Below, piece after piece: positions 37,647-47,949 of a DNA stretch of 64,000 bases. The translations under genes and the position numbers were made by a program. The stretch is taken from NCBI GenBank assembly GCA_030834445.1, contig JAURFC010000001.1:286963-350962 (forward strand), written 5' to 3'. This DNA is from Bacillota bacterium (GTDB lineage: Bacteria; Bacillota_I; Bacilli_A; RFN20; CAG-826). The notes under the pieces were generated by a model. It was not told the origin of the DNA and searched no databases. It saw nothing but the letters and a program-made list of their open reading frames with translations. Every line of letters begins with the position of its first letter. The stretch's first letter is position 1.

Positions 37647-38947
37647 GTTTTTTTCCTTAATATGATTTTAAGGGGCGTACCCTCAAAGTCAAATGTTTCT
37701 CGAATGCGGTTTTCTAAATAACGTTGATAACTAAAATGCATGTACGTCGGTTGATTAACAAACAAGACGAACGTCGGGGGTTTTACACTGACTTGTTCGC
37801 CATAATAAATGCGTAATCGCCCCCCATTAAAGTCGGGCGTTTGATTCATGAGTTGGGCTTCCACGAGTAAATCATTCAAAGGTGATGTTGCAATGCGTTG
37901 ATTGAAATGAGCATACGTGGACATAATAGTTTCGAGTAAGGGATCCATGTTGGGTTCATGTAGCGCAGACATCACTAAAAAGGTGGCAAATTCTAAAAAG
38001 GGAACCATAATTTTTAAGTCTTTGATCGTCTTTTGTAAATCACGTTCGCCTTTTTTGCGTAAATCCCATTTATTGATAACTACTACCATCGCACGATTCG
38101 CTTGATAAGCGTAGCCCGCGACATGTTTATCTTGTTCGGTTAATCCTAATGAAGCATCCAGGACAACAACCGCGACATCGCAGCGATCAATGGCCTTTAA
38201 AGAACGTAACGCAGCATATTTATCCACCGATTCAAAAATCGATCCGCGTTTTTTTAACCCCGCCGTATCAATGATGTTAAAGGAGTGTTCTTTCCAGGTG
38301 AACGGGGTATCAATCGCATCCCGTGTTGTTCCTTCAATGGGGGAAACAATGACGCGTTCTTGATGAAGGATTGCATTCACTAAACTTGATTTACCGACAT
38401 TCGGACGACCGATCATCGCCACTTGAATGCGCGCTTCTTCAAGCGCATCTTCTGCCACCATAGGAAACGCTCGAATCACAGCATCGAGTAAATCCCCCAA
38501 CCCAATCCCGTGCAAGGACGAAACGGGAAACGGATCGCCTAAACCAAGTTGATAAAAATCATTAATATCATAAAGTAACTGACCATCATCAATCTTATTC
38601 ACTGCTAAAAAAACAGGTTTTTTCGAGCGATATAATTTATTGGCGACAAAGCGATCATCGGTGGTGACCCCACGACGGCCGTCAACGACATAAATGATGA
38701 TATCGGCTTGTTCAATCGCAATTTCAGCTTGATAACGAATTTGTTCTTGAAAGGGACGATCGGTAATTTCAATCCCACCCGTATCAATGAGGGCAAACGT
38801 CCGAGTTAACCATTCCGCTTTTCCATAAATGCGATCGCGAGTTAACCCAGGAATATCATCAGTGATGGCAACGCGTTGCCCAATAATTCGATTAAATAAG
38901 GAGGATTTACCGACGTTCGGTGATCCGACAATCGCAACGGTCGGCAT
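37643..38947 (-). CDS. der: GTPase Der (EngA), tandem GTP-binding domains
   Basis: The G1 motifs are GSPNVGKSS and GRPNVGKSS, followed by a C-terminal KH-like domain. The ATG at 38947 has a GGAG RBS. The protein is 434 aa. Confidence 0.9.
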   Translation of the reverse strand: MPTVAIVGSPNVGKSSLFNRIIGQRVAITDDIPGLTRDRIYGKAEWLTRTFALIDTGGIEITDRPFQEQIRYQAEIAIEQADIIIYVVDGRRGVTTDDRFVANKLYRSKKPVFLAVNKIDDGQLLYDINDFYQLGLGDPFPVSSLHGIGLGDLLDAVIRAFPMVAEDALEEARIQVAMIGRPNVGKSSLVNAILHQERVIVSPIEGTTRDAIDTPFTWKEHSFNIIDTAGLKKRGSIFESVDKYAALRSLKAIDRCDVAVVVLDASLGLTEQDKHVAGYAYQANRAMVVVINKWDLRKKGERDLQKTIKDLKIMVPFLEFATFLVMSALHEPNMDPLLETIMSTYAHFNQRIATSPLNDLLVEAQLMNQTPDFNGGRLRIYYGEQVSVKPPTFVLFVNQPTYMHFSYQRYLENRIRETFDFEGTPLKIILRKKT

Positions 38948-38948
38948 C

Positions 38949-39620
38949 TTAAACTCCAACCGTCGTCTTCTTTTGAACGATGTCTAAAATACGTTGGACG
39001 ACGTCTTCCACTTTCATAAAGGACGTATCGATTAAAACGGAATCTGGAGCAGGTTTAAGTGGAGCAAAATCGCGATGAGAATCAATATAGTCTCGTTTTC
39101 GTAACTCTTCTTCAACACTTTCTAAACTCGTTTGAATACCTTTTTCAAGATTTTCTTCATAGCGACGCACAGCGCGTGTTTCAACGGAGGCAATTTGATA
39201 AATTTTTACATTGGCTTCGGGAAGGACATACGTGCCAATGTCACGACCATCCATGACAACCGATTGTTTATCCGCCATTTTTCGTTGTAGATCCACTAAG
39301 GCAAGACGAATGGCCTTATAAGAGGCAATATAAGAAACTTGCGAAGAGACTCGGGGTTCACGAATCGCTTGGGAAACATCATTATTGTTCAGATAAATCT
39401 CGCCACTTGGTTTTAATTCGATATGCACATCAGGAATACACGCTTCAGAGGCGGTTTGATTTTCTGGGGAAATACCTTGTTCAATGACGTAAAGGGTAAA
39501 GGCACGGTACATTGCACCCGTATCGATATACGTGATGTTAAGTGCTTTGGCAACCCGTTTAGCAACGGTGGATTTTCCGGCTGCGGCTGGACCATCAATG
39601 GCAATGACATATTTCATCAT
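38949..39620 (-). CDS. cmk: Cytidylate kinase
   Basis: The P-loop is IAIDGPAAAGKST. The 223-aa gene's ATG overlaps the upstream small ORF's stop as ATGA. Confidence 0.9.
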   Translation of the reverse strand: MMKYVIAIDGPAAAGKSTVAKRVAKALNITYIDTGAMYRAFTLYVIEQGISPENQTASEACIPDVHIELKPSGEIYLNNNDVSQAIREPRVSSQVSYIASYKAIRLALVDLQRKMADKQSVVMDGRDIGTYVLPEANVKIYQIASVETRAVRRYEENLEKGIQTSLESVEEELRKRDYIDSHRDFAPLKPAPDSVLIDTSFMKVEDVVQRILDIVQKKTTVGV

Positions 39621-39832
39621 GCGCGTTCACCCATAAAAAATAAGGCGAGGACAATGACCCCCATTAATGTTAACGTACTCCATAAAACCACTTTAATCAT
39701 TGTTTCATGCGCGTTAAACCACATTTGCATTTTTTGAAGATAACGCTGCCATGAAGAAGGAACATGATCTTCACGCATTTTTAAAATGTGTTGTCGATAG
39801 CGACGATAAAGTTGAACGCGTGTTTGTTTCAT
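39617..39832 (-). CDS. Small membrane protein (YpfB-like position upstream of cmk)
   Basis: The 71-aa product has a basic N-terminal half and one C-terminal TM helix. It has an AAAAGG RBS and is translationally coupled to cmk. Confidence 0.4.
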   Translation of the reverse strand: MKQTRVQLYRRYRQHILKMREDHVPSSWQRYLQKMQMWFNAHETMIKVVLWSTLTLMGVIVLALFFMGERA

Positions 39833-39912
39833 CGTTTTGACCTTTTCTATTGTAGCAATATTTCCTCAAATTAAAACTAAAAACCTTCGTTTTATTCCTT
39901 GAAAACAACCGA

Positions 39913-40134
39913 ATGAAGATTTGCTATACTAAGGGTATGGAAAAGAAAAAACCGTGTGTCGTGAAAGACCTTTGTATCGCCTGTGGCTTATGTAACGCCA
40001 TGGTTCCTACGGTGTTTGATTGGGACGATGATGGCAAAATGAAAGCAATCGTCGATCATGTCCCCGAAGGTTTTGAGCAAGATGTCGATGATGCGAAAAT
40101 TAGTTGCCCCACCGAAGCCATAATCGTGGATTAA
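39913..40134 (+). CDS. fer: 4Fe-4S ferredoxin
   Basis: The cluster ligands are CIACGLC and a distal CP (...ISCPTEAI). The protein is 65-73 aa. An alternative ATG lies at 39937, immediately downstream of the extended -10 TGCTATACT. Confidence 0.75.
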   Translation: MKICYTKGMEKKKPCVVKDLCIACGLCNAMVPTVFDWDDDGKMKAIVDHVPEGFEQDVDDAKISCPTEAIIVD

Positions 40135-40736
40135 CGAAGCATTTTTTTCATCGCAAGATGAATGCGTTTATAAACGAGTAACGTGATAACCATCATTAAA
40201 CTATTTTTTAGGGCATTAAACGGTAAATAAACATAAAGAACAAGTGACCAATAAGGATCAGTAACCCATGGATTGGTTTGTTGGATAAACCCCACAAAGT
40301 TTTCTGCACTCCCAAAATACAAATCTAAATAAAGATCCGTGACCCAATAGACATTGAGTAAACTGGTGACCACAAGTTGGAGAAAAAAACCGACCAAGAA
40401 CCCATACAAGGCACCCGTTTTCGTACGATTAAAACGATACATCCATGCGGCTGGCAAAATAAAGGCAGCGCTATAAAAAAAGTCTGCGGTCTCACCAATT
40501 AAACTTGTCGTTGAAAAAGGAATGGCAACACCAAAACGAAACACTAGGCCAAATAAACTCGCCCAAGGCCCATACACAAACCCCATTAAAAATAGCGGAA
40601 TTTCTGAAAGATTAATTTCTAAAAAGCTTGGGAAAAAAACAAACCCTGGCAGCCGTAAAATGTATAACAAATACGTAAGCCCTGAAAATAGGCCAATCAC
40701 AGCCATTTTTTTAAGATTGATGGGGGATTTTTTCAT
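40131..40736 (-). CDS. ECF transporter S component (RibU-like vitamin-binding membrane protein)
   Basis: The 201-aa protein has 5-6 TM helices and an LPFNALKNSL motif near the C-terminus, as in RibU/FolT S-components. Confidence 0.5.
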   Translation of the reverse strand: MKKSPINLKKMAVIGLFSGLTYLLYILRLPGFVFFPSFLEINLSEIPLFLMGFVYGPWASLFGLVFRFGVAIPFSTTSLIGETADFFYSAAFILPAAWMYRFNRTKTGALYGFLVGFFLQLVVTSLLNVYWVTDLYLDLYFGSAENFVGFIQQTNPWVTDPYWSLVLYVYLPFNALKNSLMMVITLLVYKRIHLAMKKMLR

Positions 40737-41567
40737 TTATTTACGATTAATTTTTCGCACAAACTCAACGAGTTCTTCTGAGGTTTCAAAGGCAAAGCGA
40801 ATGCTTTTTTTCGTCGTAGTAATGGTGGAACCGTACATCTTGGCCAACTGATTTTCGTCCAGGGGACTGACCACTTGGGGTTTACGTGATTTAACGAGCT
40901 GCTCAAATTCACGGACCGAAAGTTTTTCTTGAATGAGCTGCATAACTAACGAATCAATCACATCGTGATCTAAACTCACAAGAATTTTGGCATGTCCGTA
41001 CGTTATCGTTTGGGCATTGATGAGCTTGCGCGTAAAAATGGGTAGTTTTAACAGGCGTAAAATGTTGGAAACTTGCGAGCGCGAATAATGCATGATTTTC
41101 GCTAATGCCACTTGGCGATAATGGTAATCATCAATCAACGCTTGGCATACTAAGGCAATGGCAATCGTATTTTGAACGGCTTCTTCCCGTAAGGAAGCAA
41201 GTAAAACAAGGAGCATTTCTTCTTCACTCATTCGGGTGACAACCACCGGCACTTTTTTAAATTTTAAGAGTTTTGAAGCATACCAATTTTTCCGACCTAA
41301 TATAATTTGATATTGGCCATTGTATTCACGTAACACTAACGGTGTGATTAGTCCTCGCGCACTCAGTTGCTCAAGAATATCGCGAAGTTGATCATGACGA
41401 ATGGTCACCTCTTTTAAGACGGGAATATCTTGTATCAAACTCGGATCAATTTCATATTTTTGTAAATTCTTAAATTGTTGTTCAAGTTTACTGACGACAT
41501 CACGTGAACTATATTTTTCAATTAACGTCGATAGCCTTTCTTTCATGAGTTTCTTACGCGTGGCCAT
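40737..41567 (-). CDS. parB: ParB/Spo0J-family partition protein with degenerate box II
   Basis: Box I is ITPLVLRE and the HTH is SRSQVSNILRLLKLP. Box II reads GRKNWYAS instead of GERRxRAA. The start is taken at MATRKK, 13 nt after the parA stop. The protein is 276 aa. Confidence 0.7.
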   Translation of the reverse strand: MATRKKLMKERLSTLIEKYSSRDVVSKLEQQFKNLQKYEIDPSLIQDIPVLKEVTIRHDQLRDILEQLSARGLITPLVLREYNGQYQIILGRKNWYASKLLKFKKVPVVVTRMSEEEMLLVLLASLREEAVQNTIAIALVCQALIDDYHYRQVALAKIMHYSRSQVSNILRLLKLPIFTRKLINAQTITYGHAKILVSLDHDVIDSLVMQLIQEKLSVREFEQLVKSRKPQVVSPLDENQLAKMYGSTITTTKKSIRFAFETSEELVEFVRKINRK

Positions 41568-42324
41568 GATCAAGGACCTCCTTGGCAAGTTGTAGATAGG
41601 CTTCAGCCCCCGACGAGGTGGGACGATATAAAGAAACGGGAATGCCTCTTGCACTCGCTTCTGCAAGCGAAATATTGCGAGGAATTTGTGTGTAAAATGT
41701 ATTTTCTTTAAAAAGACCCCGAATTTCTGTGGATACTTCCGTTCCTAATCGTGTTCGGGAGTCATACATCGTTAATAAGAATCCTTCAATTTTCAACGAG
41801 GGATTCATTTCCTTTTGTACGTAATTGATCGTTGCAAGGACTTGGGCAACAGCCTCCATCGCAAAATATTCACATTGCACGGGAATAATGACCGAATCAC
41901 ACGTTGTGAGGGCTGTCATGGATAAATATCCGAGCGACGGTGGGCAATCGATGAGAATATAATCATACTTTTTAACAATGGGTTCAATCACCGTTTTTAA
42001 TTGATAAAAAGCATCTTCACCCAACCCTGATAAATGCCCTTCCATATTTGCTAATTGTAAAGAAGAGGGTAAAATCGACATCGATTTCATCGCCGTGTAG
42101 CGAATAATTTTTTCAATGGGAATCGCTTGGAGTAAGACATCAACAATACTATGTTTTAAACTCGCAACATCAACTCCGACACCCCGACTTGCATTCCCTT
42201 GCGGATCAAAATCAATGAGTAAAACTTTTTTACCTAACGAGCTAAGCGCTCCTGCTAAAGAAATGGAGGTGGTTGTTTTTCCAACACCCCCCTTTTGATT
42301 GGCAATGGCAATGATTTTTCCCAT
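41554..42324 (-). CDS. parA: ParA/Soj chromosome-partitioning ATPase
   Basis: The deviant Walker A is IANQKGGVGKTTTSISLA. The protein is 256 aa. Confidence 0.9.
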   Translation of the reverse strand: MGKIIAIANQKGGVGKTTTSISLAGALSSLGKKVLLIDFDPQGNASRGVGVDVASLKHSIVDVLLQAIPIEKIIRYTAMKSMSILPSSLQLANMEGHLSGLGEDAFYQLKTVIEPIVKKYDYILIDCPPSLGYLSMTALTTCDSVIIPVQCEYFAMEAVAQVLATINYVQKEMNPSLKIEGFLLTMYDSRTRLGTEVSTEIRGLFKENTFYTQIPRNISLAEASARGIPVSLYRPTSSGAEAYLQLAKEVLDHGHA

Positions 42325-42337
42325 AATTCGCCTTTTA

Positions 42338-43036
42338 TTATAAAGGAGAATTTTTAATCTGTGAAAACATTCTTGGATAAATGACTGATGTGGGTTTTGT
42401 TTTCCGAATCACGATAAGGTAACGTTGAGCATCGTCACCGATTAAGGTTGCTGATTCTAAGGTCTCCACTTCGCCACCGAGTTGATGCAACGCGTTCTGT
42501 GAAACATTGATTTCTTGAGGGGCCAATTCGCCTTTGTAAGCTAAAAAATAACCCCCAACTCGAACAAACGGTAAACAAAGTTCAAGCAACATTGGTAAAC
42601 TTGCAACCGCACGCGAGACCACCCCATCAAAACGTTCTCGTTCCTTTTGAATGTAGTGTTCAGCCCGGGCAATGACGATATGAAGTGAGGGTATATGGTT
42701 TTGTTGGATTAATTGAAGAAAGCGAGCTTTTTTCGCAATCGGTTCGAGTAAAGTCATCCCGACGTCTGGATTTTGGATGGCTAAGGGAATACCAGGAAAC
42801 CCAGCTCCGGATCCAACATCTAACCATCGGCCTTGAACGCGGTTTTTTAAGGAGGGAAAAAGCAAGGAATCAAGTACGCCTTTAACAAGGAGCGTCTTTA
42901 AATCGCGGTGCGCGGTCAAATTGGTGTGTTCATTGTATGCGAGCAACGCAGTTAAGTATTGAAAAAGTATGGAAGTTTGGTGATCCGTTAACGGATGCGG
43001 AAACGCGCGACGATACGGTTCAAGCTCGGGAAACAT
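42338..43036 (-). CDS. rsmG: 16S rRNA (guanine527-N7)-methyltransferase
   Basis: The SAM-binding motif is LDVGSGAGFPGIPLAI. The protein is 232 aa. Confidence 0.85.
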   Translation of the reverse strand: MFPELEPYRRAFPHPLTDHQTSILFQYLTALLAYNEHTNLTAHRDLKTLLVKGVLDSLLFPSLKNRVQGRWLDVGSGAGFPGIPLAIQNPDVGMTLLEPIAKKARFLQLIQQNHIPSLHIVIARAEHYIQKERERFDGVVSRAVASLPMLLELCLPFVRVGGYFLAYKGELAPQEINVSQNALHQLGGEVETLESATLIGDDAQRYLIVIRKTKPTSVIYPRMFSQIKNSPL

Positions 43037-44909
43037 AATTTTGTTTTTTTAGTTGCATCACAAGCATGGCAATATCGGAAGGATTAACCCCTGAGATACG
43101 GGCCGCCTGGCCAACTGTTAACGGCCGAATCAAGGATAATTTTTGTCGTGCTTCCATCGCTAAACCATGCATCGTTGCATAATCGATTTGTTCTGGAATA
43201 AGAACTTTTTCAAAGCGGGCAAATTCGAGTGCTTTTTTCACTTCTTTATCGATATATCCCGAAAATTTAATTTCAACATCCAATTGATAGAGGGTGGTTT
43301 CTTCCGCGACCCATTGTTCAAGTTCAGGGAAAAAGTGAATTAATTCTTTCCATTCAATGTTAGGACGTTTTAAAAGTTCATAAGCGGTAATGCCACCATG
43401 GAGTTGCCCATGCCCTTTGGCGGTTAAAAAGTTTTGGATATCTGCATTCGGTTTAACACTGTGTGATTTTAAATACGTTTCCACTGTTTGTAGTAACGCT
43501 TTTTTGTGTTGATAAAGTGCGTATTGATCGTCTTGAACAAGCCCCACTTTGCGGCCAAGTTCAGTGAGTCGGGTATCCGCATTATCATGGCGTAATAACA
43601 AGCGATATTCCGCGCGTGACGAAAGTAAGCGATAGGGTTCGGTTGTGCCTTTAGTGACTAAATCATCAATCATCACGCCGATATAGGCTTGGTCACGACG
43701 AAGAACAAGTGGTTCTTGATGACGTAATTTGAGCACGGCATTGATGCCAGCAATAATGCCTGCACCACCGGCTTCTTCATATCCGGAGGTTCCAATAATT
43801 TGCCCCGCGCAATAGAGACCTGGCCACCGTTTTAATTCCAAGGTGAGTTGGAGTTGGGTCGGGACGACCGCGTCATATTCAATCGCATACGCATATTTTA
43901 AAAATGAAACGTTTTCGAGACCGGGTAAAGAGCGCACCATTTTTTCTTGCACATCCGCGGGCATCGAGGTAGAAAAGCCTTGTAAATACATCGAATCGGA
44001 TTCAGCGGATTCTGGTTCAATGAAAAGTTGATGCCGTTCTTTGTCGGCAAAACGAACAATTTTATCTTCAATCGAGGGGCAATAACGTGGACCTGTCCCT
44101 CGAACAAGGCCACCAAACATACTACTTTCGTTTAAATGGTCCCGAATAATGGCATGGGTTTCGGGTTGAGTATGGAGTAAATAACACACCACTTGGTCTT
44201 CAAACGGTTTCATCGACACCGTTCGGCTGGAAAATTTAAGCGGTCCAGGCGTTGCATATTGCGGTTCCATTTGAGCATAATCAATCGTGTCGCGTTTTAA
44301 GCGTGGAGGGGTTCCTGTTTTTAAGCGGAAAAGTTCAATGCCCATTTTCGCTAAATTCGGGGATAACCCACGGGAGGGTGCTTCTCCGTCTGGGCCCGCC
44401 GAACGCTTGGATAAACCTTGGAGAACTTCCGCTTCCATATACGTCCCAGTCGTTAAAATAACTGCGGAAGACGTGATTTCTCTTCCATCGGTTAACCGGA
44501 CGCCATACACATGATGATCATCATGTAAAACATCAAGTACCATTGCTTCGAGAATGGTTAAATGGTCGGTACGATCGGCAAGATTTTGAATGTAACGAGG
44601 ATACGTTACTTTATCGACTTGTGCCCGCAAACATTGCACACCCGGTCCTTTGCCCGTGTTGAGCATTTTCATTTGTAACGTCTCTGCATCCGCGGCAAAA
44701 CCCATGACACCCCCAAGGGCATCGATTTCCCGGACGACAATACCTTTCGCACTGCCTCCAATCGAAGGATTGCATGGCATATTGCCCATCATTTTTTTAT
44801 TGAGCGTTACCAAAAGCGTTTCTGCACCCATGTGGGCAGATGCAAAAGCGGCTTCAATGCCGGCATGACCGCCACCAATGACGATCACATCATAATGCGA
44901 ACGCGACAT
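43020..44909 (-). CDS. mnmG: tRNA uridine 5-carboxymethylaminomethyl modification enzyme MnmG
   Basis: The FAD-binding N-terminus is YDVIVIGGGHAGIEAA. The 629-aa protein has the GidA signature regions. Confidence 0.9.
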   Translation of the reverse strand: MSRSHYDVIVIGGGHAGIEAAFASAHMGAETLLVTLNKKMMGNMPCNPSIGGSAKGIVVREIDALGGVMGFAADAETLQMKMLNTGKGPGVQCLRAQVDKVTYPRYIQNLADRTDHLTILEAMVLDVLHDDHHVYGVRLTDGREITSSAVILTTGTYMEAEVLQGLSKRSAGPDGEAPSRGLSPNLAKMGIELFRLKTGTPPRLKRDTIDYAQMEPQYATPGPLKFSSRTVSMKPFEDQVVCYLLHTQPETHAIIRDHLNESSMFGGLVRGTGPRYCPSIEDKIVRFADKERHQLFIEPESAESDSMYLQGFSTSMPADVQEKMVRSLPGLENVSFLKYAYAIEYDAVVPTQLQLTLELKRWPGLYCAGQIIGTSGYEEAGGAGIIAGINAVLKLRHQEPLVLRRDQAYIGVMIDDLVTKGTTEPYRLLSSRAEYRLLLRHDNADTRLTELGRKVGLVQDDQYALYQHKKALLQTVETYLKSHSVKPNADIQNFLTAKGHGQLHGGITAYELLKRPNIEWKELIHFFPELEQWVAEETTLYQLDVEIKFSGYIDKEVKKALEFARFEKVLIPEQIDYATMHGLAMEARQKLSLIRPLTVGQAARISGVNPSDIAMLVMQLKKQNYVSRA

Positions 44910-44912
44910 AGA

Positions 44913-46310
44913 CTATCCGACACTACCTTCCATTTCAAGTTTAATGAGATGGTTGAGTTCAACCGCATATTCCATCGGTAATTCTCGTGAGAAAGGTTCA
45001 ATGAATCCCATAATAATCATTTGGGTCGCATCTTCTTCGCTTAATCCTCGGGACATGAGATAAAAGAGTTGATCTTCAGAAATTTTGGAGACCGTTGCTT
45101 CATGTTCAATGAAGGATTCGTTATTCAATACTTCATCCTTAGGGATCGTATCTGCTTTGGAGATGCCATCTAAAATTAAGGTGTCACATTCGGTGTGATT
45201 TTTGGCATTCAACGCTTCGGGGTGAATGCGAACTGTCCCACGATAATTACTAACCCCGCCATTGCGAACAATGGTTTTGGAGACAATCGTCGATGACGTG
45301 TCCGGAGCAAGGTGAATCATACGGGCACCCGCGTCTTGTTCTTGACCTTTTCCTGCGACGGCAATAGAAATCACCGTACCTTTGGCTCCGCGGCCCCCAA
45401 GAACGACGGCCGGATATTTCATATTTTTCATCGAACCGATATTGCCATCGATCCATTCCATTTGCCCACCTTCGTGAACATAAGCACGCTTCGTGACAAG
45501 ATTTAAGACGTTGGGTGACCAATTTTGAATGGTCGTATATCGGCAACGTGCGTTGGGTAGGACGACGATTTCAACCACCGCAGCGTGGAGACTTTCAATT
45601 GAATAGATTGGCGCCGTGCATCCTTCAACATAATTTACACTTGCCCCTTCATCGACGATGATAAGTGTGCGTTCAAACTGACCGGTTTTTTCGTTGTTAA
45701 TACGGAAATACGCTTGAAGGGGTTTATCAAGTTGAACATTTTTTGGAACATAAATAAACGAACCACCCGACCAAACCGCAGAATTTAACGCGGCAAATTT
45801 ATTGTCATTGGCTGGAATGACCGAACCAAAGTATTTTTCAAAAAGCTCAGGATATTGTTTTAATCCTTCATCCGTTGATAAAAAGACAATGCCTTTTTCT
45901 TCCACTTCTTTGAGCATCGAGTGATAAACGACTTCGGATTCATATTGGGTGGTCACCCCAGAAAGGTACTTGGCTTCCGCTTCGGGAATCCCTAATTTTT
46001 CAAAGGTCTTTTTAATCGTTTCTGGCACTTTATCCCACGACGTTTCTTCTTGTTCAGAAGGTTTGGTGTAATACGTGTACGTTTGAAAATCAATAAAGTT
46101 TAAGTCAGGACCAAACGTTGGCATCTTTAAATTTTCAAAGGTTTTAAAGGCGGCTAAGCGTTTTTCTTCCATCCATTTTGGTTCTTTTTTGATGGTTGAA
46201 ATTTCTTTAATGATAGATTCATTAATGCCTTTTGCCGTCTTTAAAATCGAGACGTCTTGATCATTAAACCCGTAGCGATATTCATCTAATGGAATATTAT
46301 CTTTATCCAT
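44913..46310 (-). CDS. sufB: Fe-S cluster assembly protein SufB
   Basis: The 465-aa product has the conserved SufB C-terminal region ...[26 protein letters not shown]. Confidence 0.9.
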   Translation of the reverse strand: MDKDNIPLDEYRYGFNDQDVSILKTAKGINESIIKEISTIKKEPKWMEEKRLAAFKTFENLKMPTFGPDLNFIDFQTYTYYTKPSEQEETSWDKVPETIKKTFEKLGIPEAEAKYLSGVTTQYESEVVYHSMLKEVEEKGIVFLSTDEGLKQYPELFEKYFGSVIPANDNKFAALNSAVWSGGSFIYVPKNVQLDKPLQAYFRINNEKTGQFERTLIIVDEGASVNYVEGCTAPIYSIESLHAAVVEIVVLPNARCRYTTIQNWSPNVLNLVTKRAYVHEGGQMEWIDGNIGSMKNMKYPAVVLGGRGAKGTVISIAVAGKGQEQDAGARMIHLAPDTSSTIVSKTIVRNGGVSNYRGTVRIHPEALNAKNHTECDTLILDGISKADTIPKDEVLNNESFIEHEATVSKISEDQLFYLMSRGLSEEDATQMIIMGFIEPFSRELPMEYAVELNHLIKLEMEGSVG

Positions 46311-46745
46311 TTAATGTTCCTCCTTTAATAACGCTTGTGCACCGGTCCACCCCAAGGTGGCACATTTGATGCGACTTGCTTGTTTATAAGTATACATAAA
46401 GACGACGGCTTCACCTAAAATCGATGCGTCATAAGGGCGTTCATAAATCATGTTGAGATAAGCATCAATAATATTCGTGGCTTCTAATGTAGTTTTGCCA
46501 ACGAGCAATTCGGTCATAATCGAGGTCGACGCTGTAGAAATGGTACAGGCAACCCCTTCATAACTGACATCCCGAATGACATCTTTTTCAACGTGAAGAT
46601 AGACGACAATATCATCGATACACCCCGAGGTGTCCATGCGTTTAGAACGCGCAAGGGGATGATCGATCACGCGTTTATTTCGCGGATGTTCATAGTGATC
46701 CATAATCACTTGGCGCATGATCATGGGATTATCGAAAGAAGGCAT
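46311..46745 (-). CDS. sufU: SUF-system sulfur-transfer protein SufU (IscU-like)
   Basis: Conserved cysteines lie in GCIDD, GVACTIS and KCATLG. The protein is 144 aa. Confidence 0.8.
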   Translation of the reverse strand: MPSFDNPMIMRQVIMDHYEHPRNKRVIDHPLARSKRMDTSGCIDDIVVYLHVEKDVIRDVSYEGVACTISTASTSIMTELLVGKTTLEATNIIDAYLNMIYERPYDASILGEAVVFMYTYKQASRIKCATLGWTGAQALLKEEH

Positions 46746-47949
46746 CTAAAAAATCCTGACCTTTCTTGGTAGCTTCTAAAAACAAATCAACTTCTTCGAT
46801 CGTGTTATAAAAATAACAAGACCAACGGAGCGTTCCATCGGTTTGTAAATAATCGACAAGATTACGTACACAATGTTGGCCACTACGAATGGCGATACGA
46901 TGCGCATTGTAATGCGTAGCAGCATCTTGAGGAAAAACGCCCTCTAAATTAAAGGTAATGATTCCCGCTTCCGCGTTGGGGTTATACACCTTCACAAAAG
47001 GAATTTTTTTCAAGCCATTCAACGCGTGTTCCCGTAATCGTCGTTCTTGTTCATGAATGACTTGCCATCCAACATGTCGAAGGTAATCAATCGCAGCTCC
47101 GAGTCCAATGATTTCGGCAATGGGTTGTGTCCCGGCTTCAAAACGTTCAGGAATCGGGGCAAGGCGAATGGAAAAATCTTTGGCATATTTGAGGGACATA
47201 CCCCCACCCATGAGATACGGGTCCATGGCTTCTAAATGGGTGCGTTTCGCGTAAAGGACACCAATTCCAGTGGGTCCGCATAATTTGTGTCCGGAAAAAA
47301 CGAGAAAATCAACATCACTTTGATGGACATCGATCGGAAAATGCGGTGCAGATTGGGCAGCATCGACTAAGACCCATAACCCATGTTCATGGGCTATCTT
47401 GGTCAATGTTTTTGTGTCCGATTTTGTTCCTAAAACATTGCTCACATCAGAAAAAGCAAGAAACTTTGATTGAGTGGTAATCGCCGCCTTTAACATCGAA
47501 GGTGTCAACCGTTGTTGCGCATCAAGCGCAATAATTTTCACCACAATGCCATAGCGTTCTTGTAGGACATACCATGGCAACACATTGGCGGCGTGTTCGG
47601 ATTCGGTGATAAGAATTTCATCCCCTTTTTTGAGATGCTTTCGGACAAACGCATCGGCGACAAGATTAATGCCCATCGTTGTTCCTGACGTAAAGACAAT
47701 TTCATGAACATCGGCATGGATAAACTGCGCCACTTTGCCACGGGCAGCTTGCACGGCTTGATCCGCGCGGTAGACAAGGTCATATTCTCCACGCCCAGGA
47801 TTGGCGGGGTAATCAAAATAATATGCATTCATCGCTTCAATGACTTGTTTCGGTTTTAATGCCGTAGCGGCATTATCAAAATAAACCAGACGTTCGTCCC
47901 CAGTTTTTTGCAGAAGAGGGAAGTCGTTGCGAAGCGTATCAATATTCAT
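46729..47949 (-). CDS. sufS: Cysteine desulfurase SufS
   Basis: The class V aminotransferase fold has the PLP-Lys region FSGHKLCGPTG and the catalytic Cys loop. The protein is 406 aa. Confidence 0.9.
   Translation of the reverse strand: MNIDTLRNDFPLLQKTGDERLVYFDNAATALKPKQVIEAMNAYYFDYPANPGRGEYDLVYRADQAVQAARGKVAQFIHADVHEIVFTSGTTMGINLVADAFVRKHLKKGDEILITESEHAANVLPWYVLQERYGIVVKIIALDAQQRLTPSMLKAAITTQSKFLAFSDVSNVLGTKSDTKTLTKIAHEHGLWVLVDAAQSAPHFPIDVHQSDVDFLVFSGHKLCGPTGIGVLYAKRTHLEAMDPYLMGGGMSLKYAKDFSIRLAPIPERFEAGTQPIAEIIGLGAAIDYLRHVGWQVIHEQERRLREHALNGLKKIPFVKVYNPNAEAGIITFNLEGVFPQDAATHYNAHRIAIRSGQHCVRNLVDYLQTDGTLRWSCYFYNTIEEVDLFLEATKKGQDFLDAFFR

Noticed and set aside
40737-44909. Possible replication origin (oriC), because mnmG-rsmG-parA-parB are usually origin-proximal
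   Set aside because: There is no dnaA or dnaN and I saw no cluster of DnaA boxes (TTATCCACA) in the flanking intergenic regions. sufB follows directly instead of mnmE/jag/rnpA. I treat it as a relocated or rearranged block, not an origin.
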